Positions 1-9,463 are shown, counted from the stretch's first letter. The stretch is 11,193 nt of DNA from Planctomycetota bacterium (GCA_050248855.1 JBFWRP010000053.1:1-11193); one strand, 5' to 3'. The notes: generated by a model from the sequence alone, not told the origin. Numbers and translations: made by a program.

Positions 1-1
1 C

Positions 2-2347
<2,346 letters not shown>

Positions 2348-2484
2348 GAGGCTGGGCACGACATGCGGGCTGCGCCGGCCCGTCCGGCGTCTCCCCCGCA
2401 ACGAGGCCGACCGCATCGTCGTCGAGGTCGCCACCGCCGATGACGCAGTCCAGGGGGGGCCGCCCGAGTAGTGCCCTCGGCGCC

Positions 2485-2857
2485 CTACTTCCTTGCGATG
2501 CGCAAGACCTCGGTGCGCGCGTGCTCCCGCGCATGGGCGCGCAGCAGCGCGTCCACGAGCGCGCGTAGGACGAACAGCTGCTCGCGCTCCGCGAGGAGTG
2601 GCCACCCGTCGGGAACTTGTGCGACAGCGACATCCAAAGCGCTGTTCCACGCTCCGGGTTCCTGCGTGAACGCCAGCGTGGCGCCAAACCGCGCGCGCCA
2701 CGCGGCCAGGGGGAGCTGTGGCGCAGCTCGCGTGAAGGTCAGCCGAGCCGCCCTCCGCGGGAGATCCCTGGCCCAGCTTGGCAGCCGTCTCCAGCCAGCT
2801 TGGCTTGCCACCGCCGTCAAACGTGCCGAGGTTGACGTTGAACTCCGCGCTCCCGGC
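2485..2857 (-). pseudogene. Probable frameshifted/truncated gene remnant abutting repeat copy 1
   Basis: Protein-like, high-GC3 codons switch frame near 2765: SAEFNVNLGTFDGGGKPSWLETAAKLG in one frame, then LTFTRAAPQLPLAAWRARFG...LRALVDALLRAHAREHARTEVLRIARK* in another. No convincing start codon with RBS outside the repeat. Confidence 0.35.
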
Positions 2858-3055
2858 AGCCCGCGGGCCACCCGGCGACCCGGCGAGCCGGCGACCCACG
2901 AACACACGCCGCATGTATCGCCAGCGCTACACAGCAAGACCCCAGACCGTCCGGCCCCTTCGCGGGCCCTGATTCATGGGATCGTTCGGGCTCGTTTGCC
3001 GAAATTTCGGCAGAATCCGTATCCCAGGAGATACGGAAGGCGGCGGGGTTCCGCC
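2858..3055. repeat. Copy 1 of a ~200-bp palindrome-rich non-coding direct repeat
   Basis: Aligns with 4484-4673: 50-bp identical block 2907-2956/4525-4574, 15-bp block 2966-2980/4584-4598, and 2992-3055/4610-4673 with one mismatch. Homology may extend left to 2847 (GCGCTCC) and right to about 3059. Confidence 0.95.
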
Positions 3056-3094
3056 GCCCTGGCCGCCGCCTGGCGACCGTGGGAGGTTGCGAGC

Positions 3095-3577
3095 ATGGCT
3101 GTTCGCCGTCGCGCCGAAGTCGTAGGGCCAGGGCCGCCGGGCAGGTTGCTCGTGCGCATCCTCATCCCGGGCGTGGAGCCCGGCGAGCAGGACTACATGG
3201 TGCCGGTGCCGGTCGAGGCCATGCCGCCCGCGGTGCGGATCCCGGGCGCGCGTCCGGTGGTCGTCGTGCGAGGGCGGGCCGTCGTGGGCGTCGAGGAAGC
3301 CGGTGCGGGCGAGCGGTGGCTCCTCGTCCAGGACCGCGTCCGAAGGGTTCTCAACGAGCTGTGGGACCCGATCGGCGTGGCGGACGTGGTGCTGGACGAG
3401 TACGACGACTACATCGAGGAGCTGCTCGGCCTGTGCGCAGCCGGCACCGATGCGGGGGCGCTCGCCCGGCACCTCGACGGCATCGTCTCGGGGCGCATGG
3501 GGCTCGTGCCGAGTCACACCGCGAGCGCTGACGCCGCCAACGCCCTCGTGAAGCTGGGGCTCCTGCCGTTGCCGTAG
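3095..3577 (+). CDS. Hypothetical protein (160 aa) with C-terminal DUF1871-like domain
   Basis: GGAGG at 3082-3086 precedes ATG 3095. The C-terminal half has VRRVLNELWDPIGV...DEYDDYI, the WDPxG...DEY signature I associate with DUF1871-type proteins. The ORF-track start at 2471 runs through the repeat and is not credible. Confidence 0.8.
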   Translation: MAVRRRAEVVGPGPPGRLLVRILIPGVEPGEQDYMVPVPVEAMPPAVRIPGARPVVVVRGRAVVGVEEAGAGERWLLVQDRVRRVLNELWDPIGVADVVLDEYDDYIEELLGLCAAGTDAGALARHLDGIVSGRMGLVPSHTASADAANALVKLGLLPLP

Positions 3578-3606
3578 GGAGGGGCCGCGCGGGGTGTCCT
3601 GGCTGA

Positions 3607-4401
3607 TCAGTCGCGCGGGATGATCTCGATCGATTCGAGGATCGCTTCGATCTCGGCGTCCAGCGCCGTGGCGTCGGTGACGCGACCCTCGGTCTCGATG
3701 GCCAGGACCGTCAGCGTGATGCCGATCGTGGTCCGACGAGCGGGGTCCTTGACGTACAGGCGACGGACGCGGGCGGAAAGCCCGTTGTCCATCTCGCCGA
3801 TGACCTCGTAGCCATCCGCCTTGCGGTGGTTCTTGTTGAGTGCCGAGCGGAGGTTGCGCTTCCAGCGCGCCCGGTTGCCGAAGTCGAGCTTGTCGCGCGG
3901 GACGATCTGCGCGTTCTTCACGAGCGCCTCGCGGCTCGCCCAGCGCACGAGCTCGTGATAGGCATTGACGATCCTGTTGTCGTTCTTGCGCTCCTGCGCC
4001 ACGGCGTAGAGGTGTTCGACGGCCTCCGCCGCGTAGCGCGCTGCGGCCGAACGCTGCTTCTTGTCGAAGGCCTGCTCCGCCTGCGTGCGGCGGACCACGC
4101 CCACGGCCAGCAGGAACAGCGACATCGCGGTGCGCTCGACGCCCGTGCCCTCCGCGCTCTCGAGCCAAGCGAGCGCCGCTGGCAGCAACGCATCCTGCAC
4201 GGCCTGGGCCGCGGCAAGTACGTGAGGTGGGCGCTCGGCGTCGGCGTCCGTGGCCCACGCCATGGACGCACCCGCCACGAGGCCCGTCGCACGGCGCAGC
4301 TGCACGCCGTCGGCGGCGATCACGCCGACCGCTTCGGCGTCCACGCCATGGGGCCAGGCGACCAGGGCGAGCACGAGGACACCTGCAACGGCGGAAGGCA
4401 T
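3607..4401 (-). CDS. Hypothetical secreted protein (264 aa)
   Basis: ATG at 4401 preceded by GGGAG. Signal-peptide-like N-terminus MPSAVAGVLVLALVAWPHGVDA-E. High-GC3 codons; helical middle and beta-rich C-terminus. No family recognised. Confidence 0.8.
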   Translation of the reverse strand: MPSAVAGVLVLALVAWPHGVDAEAVGVIAADGVQLRRATGLVAGASMAWATDADAERPPHVLAAAQAVQDALLPAALAWLESAEGTGVERTAMSLFLLAVGVVRRTQAEQAFDKKQRSAAARYAAEAVEHLYAVAQERKNDNRIVNAYHELVRWASREALVKNAQIVPRDKLDFGNRARWKRNLRSALNKNHRKADGYEVIGEMDNGLSARVRRLYVKDPARRTTIGITLTVLAIETEGRVTDATALDAEIEAILESIEIIPRD

Positions 4402-4483
4402 GCGTGACCGCTCCCTACCCCCTTCCTGCGCACACCTGCGGGGCCGCGCGCGGCCCCGAGAGGAAGGGCTTGGCGCTCCTGAG

Positions 4484-4673
4484 AGCCCGCGGGCCACCCG
4501 GCGACCGGGCGACCCCCGAGCACCCGCCGCATGTATCGCCAGCGCTACACAGCAAGACCCCAGACCGTCCGGCCGCTAGGCGAGCCCTGATTCATGGGCT
4601 CAGGCGGCTTCGTTTGCCGAAATTTCGGCAGAATCCGTATCTCAGGAGATACGGAAGGCGGCGGGGTTCCGCC
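4484..4673. repeat. Copy 2 of the ~200-bp palindrome-rich non-coding direct repeat
   Basis: Same orientation as 2858-3055, with 15 substitutions and one fewer 8-bp CCGGCGAC-type unit. Contains TGCCGAAATTTCGGCA (4615-4630) and TCCGTATCT-CAGG-AGATACGGA (4634-4655). Confidence 0.95.
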
Positions 4674-4745
4674 TCCCCGCCACCCACGCAGAGCCGTCGA
4701 ACCTGGACCCTTGTGCGGGTGGGCTGACGGCGCGATCGTTCCGGC

Positions 4746-7100
4746 ATGGGGGAGGTCCGCTCGACTCGCCGGATCGCGTGGATCGGAGCGACCGTGGCGG
4801 TCCTGCTGGTCGGGGCCGTGCTGCTGCGCGCCCTCCAGCCGGAGGACCCCCCGAAGCCGCTCGGCGTCGCGGAGCCCGATGATCCCGCGGCCGGGGACGC
4901 GCAGGGCCCCTCCTTGGAGGGGTCGTCTGCCCCGACCGGAATCGCAACCGCGCGGGCAGTCGCACCGCAGGCGCACGACGTCGACAGGCCCGGTTCGATC
5001 GCGGGACGCGTGCTGGAACCTGATGGGACCCCGGTGCCCGGCCTGACGGTGCGCCTACTCCGTGGCACCAGCCCGACAAGGGGCGATGCACCCGAGCATC
5101 CGCTTGCCCCAAGGACCGACGCGGAAGGTCGGTACCGCTTCGACGGCGTGTGGCCAGGCCCGTGCCAGCTGCGCGTTGGACGCGGCGCCCGCGACGACGA
5201 GGGCGTGGCGCGCGAGTTCGTGCTCGCCGCCGGCGAGGCGCTCGAAGGCATCGACCTCGAGATCCCCCAGGGGCTTCGCCTTCGCGGTCGCGTGGTCGAT
5301 GTGCACGGAGCCCACTACGGCCCCGCGCGCCTGCGGTTCCGTCGCCGCGACGGACCCGGCACGGACGTGCCCTTCATCCTGCCGGCGGGTGGGGCCTTCG
5401 AGGTCCGTGTGCGCCAACCGGGGACGTACGAGGGCTGGGCCGCCGGGGGCGTGCGGTTGGAGGGAACGGTCGAGGCCGGTGGTGAAGCGGCCGAGCTGAT
5501 CTTCGATCCCGCCAACCGGCAGGACGTGGTGGTCCACATCGTCGACCCGGAGGGCGTGCCAGTGCCTCGCGCCAAGCTCAGCGTCATGCACGGCGGTGGT
5601 GACGGCAGCTACGACGGCAAGACCGTGGAAGTCGAAGCTGGCATGCATCGGATCCCACGGGGCGCTCTCGAGCGCTATCTCCAGCTCACCGTCACGGAAC
5701 CCAGGTCGGCCGAGGGCGAGCCACTTCCCTTCTGCGGCGAGATGATCGAGGTCGCGGCCTCGGAGGCCACCGAGATCCGCATCCAGCTACGCCCCGCAGC
5801 AGAGATCCGCGGGACGGTCCTGGGGCCGGCGGACGAGCCCGTGGCGGGCATGGTGGTCACCGCGCAGCCTTGGGTCGTGGGCACCACCGCCGAGACCGGG
5901 GGCGCAGCGCAGAGCGACGAGCAGGGTCGCTTCGTCCTTCCCGCGCTTCCGCCAGGTCTCACGCTGTTGCGGATTCGCGATCGCAGTCGCCGATGGCGGC
6001 TGGCAGACGCCGTCGAGGTCCATGCACCCCAGGAGGACCTGGTGCTCCGCGTCGAGGAGGCCACCCGCATCGAAGTCGTCGTCGTGGACGCCGACCGCAA
6101 ACCGCTCCCGGGTGTGAGGGTCGTTGCGCGATCGGCGAATGCCCGGTGGACGAGCGTGCACGGCAAGACGGATGCGGAAGGGCGCGTCGAGCTTGCGGGC
6201 TTCTTCGACGGTGAGCTGATCGACGTGAACGCCAACGAGATGAGCGGACTCGCGGAGGGAGGTTGGTCCGAGGGTCCCGTGCGCGCACGCGCGCCAGGCC
6301 GCGTGGAGATCGTCCGCTCGGGCACCGTCACGCTGCGCGGCACCGTCGTGGACGAGGACGGCAAGCCTGTGGGCCTGGCACCCGTCACGGTGCGCAGCGT
6401 GGGTCCAGGTGGCGCCCAGAGCTTGGCCAGCTCCGAGCCGGTCACCGGCACGTTCGAGGTTGCCCACCTGAAGCCCGGCCGCGCTCGCGTCTGGATCGGT
6501 TACGGACGCGACAATCACCTGCCCACCGAGCCGATCGACATCGAGCTTCCCAGCGACGACGTGCGCCTGGTGCTGCGGAAGACCGTCGGGGTGCGGGGGC
6601 GCCTGCTCGTCTCGGATCCGCACGCGTGGCAGATCATCTGGCCCGTCGAGATGGGAGGCGGCGTGGGCCAGATCGACGAAGAAGGCCGGTTCCATATCCC
6701 GCACGCACGGGGCCCCCGTGGCGCGCTTCTGGCGCGCCCACGGGACATCCGCGACGCGCGAATCGCCATCCTGGAGGACATCGATCCCACGGCGGGCCCG
6801 TTCGACCTGGTCGAGCAGCCCGCCGGAACCATCGCGGGGCGCATTCGCGGTTGGCAGGCCGGCACGGTCCGCGCCGACTACCTCACCCTGATCGCCGAGC
6901 GCCCTCCGCTGCACGTCGTGGCAGAACCGGTCGCGGACGATGGATCGTTCGTGATCCGGGGGCTGCCGCCGGGCCTCTGGACGTTGCGTGCCTCTACACC
7001 GCACGGCACCACGGAGCTCGCGGGCGTCGCCACAGGCAGCGTGGGCATCCGTCTCGAGATGCCGAGCATGGGCCCGGATGTCGAAGCGGCGCCGCGCTGA
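4746..7100 (+). CDS. Membrane-anchored protein with tandem carboxypeptidase-regulatory-like (prealbumin-like beta-sandwich) domains, 784 aa
   Basis: N-terminal TM/signal segment (IAWIGATVAVLLVGAVLL) and a Pro/Ala linker. Repeated units of the form I/LxGxVxxxxGxPVxGxxV...TDxxGRF..L.PG (SIAGRVLEPDGTPVPGLTV, IRGTVLGPADEPVAGMVV, LRGTVVDEDGKPVG, DDGSFVIRGLPPGLWTL). Confidence 0.9.
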   Translation: MGEVRSTRRIAWIGATVAVLLVGAVLLRALQPEDPPKPLGVAEPDDPAAGDAQGPSLEGSSAPTGIATARAVAPQAHDVDRPGSIAGRVLEPDGTPVPGLTVRLLRGTSPTRGDAPEHPLAPRTDAEGRYRFDGVWPGPCQLRVGRGARDDEGVAREFVLAAGEALEGIDLEIPQGLRLRGRVVDVHGAHYGPARLRFRRRDGPGTDVPFILPAGGAFEVRVRQPGTYEGWAAGGVRLEGTVEAGGEAAELIFDPANRQDVVVHIVDPEGVPVPRAKLSVMHGGGDGSYDGKTVEVEAGMHRIPRGALERYLQLTVTEPRSAEGEPLPFCGEMIEVAASEATEIRIQLRPAAEIRGTVLGPADEPVAGMVVTAQPWVVGTTAETGGAAQSDEQGRFVLPALPPGLTLLRIRDRSRRWRLADAVEVHAPQEDLVLRVEEATRIEVVVVDADRKPLPGVRVVARSANARWTSVHGKTDAEGRVELAGFFDGELIDVNANEMSGLAEGGWSEGPVRARAPGRVEIVRSGTVTLRGTVVDEDGKPVGLAPVTVRSVGPGGAQSLASSEPVTGTFEVAHLKPGRARVWIGYGRDNHLPTEPIDIELPSDDVRLVLRKTVGVRGRLLVSDPHAWQIIWPVEMGGGVGQIDEEGRFHIPHARGPRGALLARPRDIRDARIAILEDIDPTAGPFDLVEQPAGTIAGRIRGWQAGTVRADYLTLIAERPPLHVVAEPVADDGSFVIRGLPPGLWTLRASTPHGTTELAGVATGSVGIRLEMPSMGPDVEAAPR

Positions 7101-7195
7101 GAGCCCGAAGCGGCGCCCCAGGGTCGGGCGGCGGCCTGCCTTGGCCGGCCGCGTCTCCATGGGGCCGCCCCTCCTCCGTGGGAACCGCAGCGCGA

Positions 7196-7930
7196 TCAGG
7201 GCCGCGTGACGAGCACTTCGTCGAAGATCCCCGCCGCATAGGGCGGCACGTGCCCGCCCAGCCCGGTGAACATGCCTCCCTCGAGCTCGAAGCGCATCTC
7301 ACCGGAACCCGTGCGCAGCCCATCGATCCCTGTGGACAGCTTCTGGACCCCGTTTCGGTACCAAGCGCCCCGACCGTCGGTCGTGACGCGGAACACGATG
7401 TCGTGCAGCGTGCCGTCATCGGGCAGCGTCTCGCCAAACTGCGCGGGAGCACCGTTGGCGCGAACGACGTGGTACACGACGTCCAACCCCGCCTGGGTCG
7501 TGCGGCGCACGAGCCCGGCACTGGCCTGCACGGTCGGTCGCGTGAAGGGCCCGCCCGTGTTGGCGTCGGTGATGTAGATTCCCGCTCCGCCCTCCGTACC
7601 GCCCGCGACGCTGCCGAGGAAGCAGTAGAGCGTGAAGCCCGCGGAGGCCACGAACGGGGAGCCCGTGTAGCTCGCGCGTCCGCCATCGCCTCCGGTGACG
7701 GCGTCACCGAGCTGGAGCGCAGGGGCCGGCGCCCCCGAGCTCGTGTCGACGGACGCGGGCCCCGACACGCTCCAGAACGCGCCAGGGAAGGCCCCGTCGA
7801 AGGCGTCTTCGAACAAGACGGTCTCGGTGGGTTCACCTGGACCGGCCCCGCCTCCGCCACCTCCGCCGCCACAAGCGGCAAGGAAGAGGGCGAGGGCCGT
7901 CACGCCGAGGGCGTTCGCGATGTAGCTCAC
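7196..7930 (-). CDS. Putative lipoprotein (244 aa), beta-rich, possibly concanavalin A-like/LamG-type fold
   Basis: GGAGG 6 nt before GTG 7930. Lipobox LALFLAA-C followed by a Gly8 linker, then VLFEDAFDG...W; C-terminal HDIVFRV...WYRNGV...IFDEVLVT pattern. The fold assignment is inference. Confidence 0.85.
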   Translation of the reverse strand: MSYIANALGVTALALFLAACGGGGGGGGAGPGEPTETVLFEDAFDGAFPGAFWSVSGPASVDTSSGAPAPALQLGDAVTGGDGGRASYTGSPFVASAGFTLYCFLGSVAGGTEGGAGIYITDANTGGPFTRPTVQASAGLVRRTTQAGLDVVYHVVRANGAPAQFGETLPDDGTLHDIVFRVTTDGRGAWYRNGVQKLSTGIDGLRTGSGEMRFELEGGMFTGLGGHVPPYAAGIFDEVLVTRP

Positions 7931-8037
7931 GTGGAGCCTCCGGGGCGGGAGGACCGGCCGATTCCGGCTCCCACGAACCCGGAACCCACGAGTCGTCCCG
8001 ACCGGACAGCCCATCGGCGCGGCAGCGCCGCCAGCGG

Positions 8038-8043
8038 TACAGT
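8038..8043 (+). promoter_or_regulatory. Candidate -10 element TACAGT
   Basis: TANNNT hexamer in GC-rich intergenic DNA, 14 nt before ATG 8058, with GAGGG in between. Confidence 0.4.
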
Positions 8044-8057
8044 GCCTCGAGGGCCCC

Positions 8058-8738
8058 ATGCGCCGACTTGCCCTGCGCGTCCTGATCGCCTCGGTGGTTG
8101 CGAGTGCCTTGATCGGCATCTGGTTGCTGCTCGAAGGCGAGTTCGAAGAGACCCAGGTCAAGGTCTTCCTGACCACGCTCTGCATCTCGGGCGCCAGCAT
8201 CCTCGGGATGGCGTGTGCGCCAGCGCTGGAGCGGAGGTTGCTGGGCGCCGTTCCGTGGATCGGGCTGATCGCCTCGATCGCGGGCTTCGCCGCCTACATC
8301 GCGTTCCTGTGGGCGGAGTACGGCGAGGACGGGCCGTTCAAGACGGCCACCTCCGTGCTCGTCGTGGGCATCGCCGCCACGTACGCATCGCTCCTCGCGC
8401 TGGCCCGCCCCCCCGCGCACCAGAGGTGGGTCCAAGCCGGGGCCTACATCGCCGACATCGCGGTCGCCGCGCTGGTGATCGACATGCTGTGGAGCGGCGT
8501 GGACTCCTCGGGCCCCTGGCGGCTGCTGGGGGCGCTCTCCATCCTCTTGGCCGCGTTCACGATCCTCCTGCCGATCCTGGGCCGCCTCGGACGCGACGCC
8601 TCGGTGGCCGACCCCGGACATGCCCCGGCCCTTCGGCACTGCCCCTCGTGTGGCACGTCGCTTCACGAGGTGGGCGCCGGAGCCTGCGCGGCGTGCGGTG
8701 CCCGGTTCCGCGTGGAGTTCACGCCGTCCGCGTCTTGA
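8058..8738 (+). CDS. Integral membrane protein (about 6 TM) with C-terminal zinc-ribbon
   Basis: About six hydrophobic segments, then HCPSCG...GACAACGARF (two CxxC pairs). Confidence 0.88.
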   Translation: MRRLALRVLIASVVASALIGIWLLLEGEFEETQVKVFLTTLCISGASILGMACAPALERRLLGAVPWIGLIASIAGFAAYIAFLWAEYGEDGPFKTATSVLVVGIAATYASLLALARPPAHQRWVQAGAYIADIAVAALVIDMLWSGVDSSGPWRLLGALSILLAAFTILLPILGRLGRDASVADPGHAPALRHCPSCGTSLHEVGAGACAACGARFRVEFTPSAS

Positions 8739-8799
8739 TCGCCGCGGCGCCGCAGATCAGGGCTCCGGCCGGCCAAGCCTCCGGGCGACGCAGTGCGGC

Positions 8800-8821
8800 T
8801 ATCCTCTGCAACTCCAGGAGG
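8800..8821 (+). promoter_or_regulatory. Candidate -10 (TATCCT) plus Shine-Dalgarno AGGAGG
   Basis: TATCCT 8800-8805, AGGAGG 8816-8821, ATG 8826. Confidence 0.5.
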
Positions 8822-8825
8822 TCCC

Positions 8826-9371
8826 ATGAAAGCCCATCTCGCCGTCCTCGTCGCGTTCACCCTCTGTTCCGCTTGCGGCGACAGTGGCAGCTCATCTTCG
8901 AACCCGTTCGAACAACCGGGCATGCCCGCCGGCTTCCCCGCCGATGCGAGCTCGATCGAAGACATGATGAAGGGCGGCGGGAAGATCCAGCTGACCGACG
9001 AGATGATGCAGGGCTACGTCGACGTCTTGAGGGAGCTCAAGGACGTCAAGACGCCCACGGCGGCGATGCTCGCGCGCTACAAGCTGGACTTGGTCAAGTG
9101 GGGTCAGATCTCGATGGTCGTCGGCACGAGCATGGGGCGCGCCATGCTCTCCGACGCACGCCCGCGCATGCAGGAACAGCTGGCCAAGGCGCGGGAGCAA
9201 GCGGCCAACGCCACGAACGATAGCCAGCGGCAGATCGCCGAGATGCAGGTGCAGGCTCTCGAGAAGCAGCTCGAGGGGCTGAAGGACATCGGCGAGGCCA
9301 ACGAGATCGATCGCAAGAACCTCGAGGTGATCAACCGCTGGAAGGACCGATTGGAGGCCGCCCGGCGCTGA
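8826..9371 (+). CDS. Putative lipoprotein with coiled-coil C-terminus (181 aa)
   Basis: Strong RBS; MKAHLAVLVAFTLCSA-C lipobox-like signal; Ser-rich linker; helical heptad-like region (QEQLAKAREQ...QVQALEKQLEGL). Confidence 0.87.
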   Translation: MKAHLAVLVAFTLCSACGDSGSSSSNPFEQPGMPAGFPADASSIEDMMKGGGKIQLTDEMMQGYVDVLRELKDVKTPTAAMLARYKLDLVKWGQISMVVGTSMGRAMLSDARPRMQEQLAKAREQAANATNDSQRQIAEMQVQALEKQLEGLKDIGEANEIDRKNLEVINRWKDRLEAARR

Positions 9372-9463
9372 TGGACCACGCAAGCGTGCCCTCCGGGCCC
9401 GATGCTCCTGGCGGCCGGCTGGCCGCCTCACGCTTGGGGTCCGCTCCGCGTACCGTGAAGGAC

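Noticed and set aside
3060..3075. Sigma54 promoter (GG-N10-GC) downstream of copy 1
   Set aside because: Only the minimal dinucleotides match, TGGCAC/TTGC context is absent, and there is no counterpart after copy 2.
2471..3094. N-terminal extension of the 368-aa ORF, and the shared peptide HVSPALHSKTPDRP...PKFRQNPY in ORFs 2471-3577 and 4227-4727
   Set aside because: The shared peptide is simply the translated DNA repeat. The 8-bp indel breaks frame between copies, and a good RBS marks 3095 as the real start.
2858..4673. Repeat pair as a CRISPR array, integron attC sites, or IS/MITE ends
   Set aside because: Only two ~200-bp units 1.4 kb apart with no spacer periodicity or cas genes. No RYYYAAC...GTTRRRY ends or single long attC hairpin, and the enclosed genes are convergent. 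Copies are direct, with no terminal inverted repeats or target-site duplication visible.
4734..4745. GATCGTTCCGGC matches the copy-1 variable patch GATCGTTCGGGC (2980-2991) at 11/12; the copy-2 patches partly match 3064-3076
   Set aside because: Tempting as guide-target pairs, but the matches are short, imperfect, inconsistent in arrangement and plausible by chance in GC-rich DNA. Worth retesting only with more copies.
7101..7195. Rho-independent terminator between the convergent genes
   Set aside because: GC stems are possible (GCCCGA/TCGGGC) but there is no U-tract on either strand.
7847..7870. GGC/GGA/GGT run as a tandem repeat
   Set aside because: Encodes the ordinary poly-Gly linker after the lipoprotein Cys, with mixed codons.
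6263..9223. 986-aa plus-strand ORF and other long overlapping ORFs (1076-2914, 2927-4258, 5787-7160, 9594-10643)
   Set aside because: Arg/Pro/Gly-rich off-frame or antisense shadows of well-supported genes, as expected from stop-codon scarcity at high GC.
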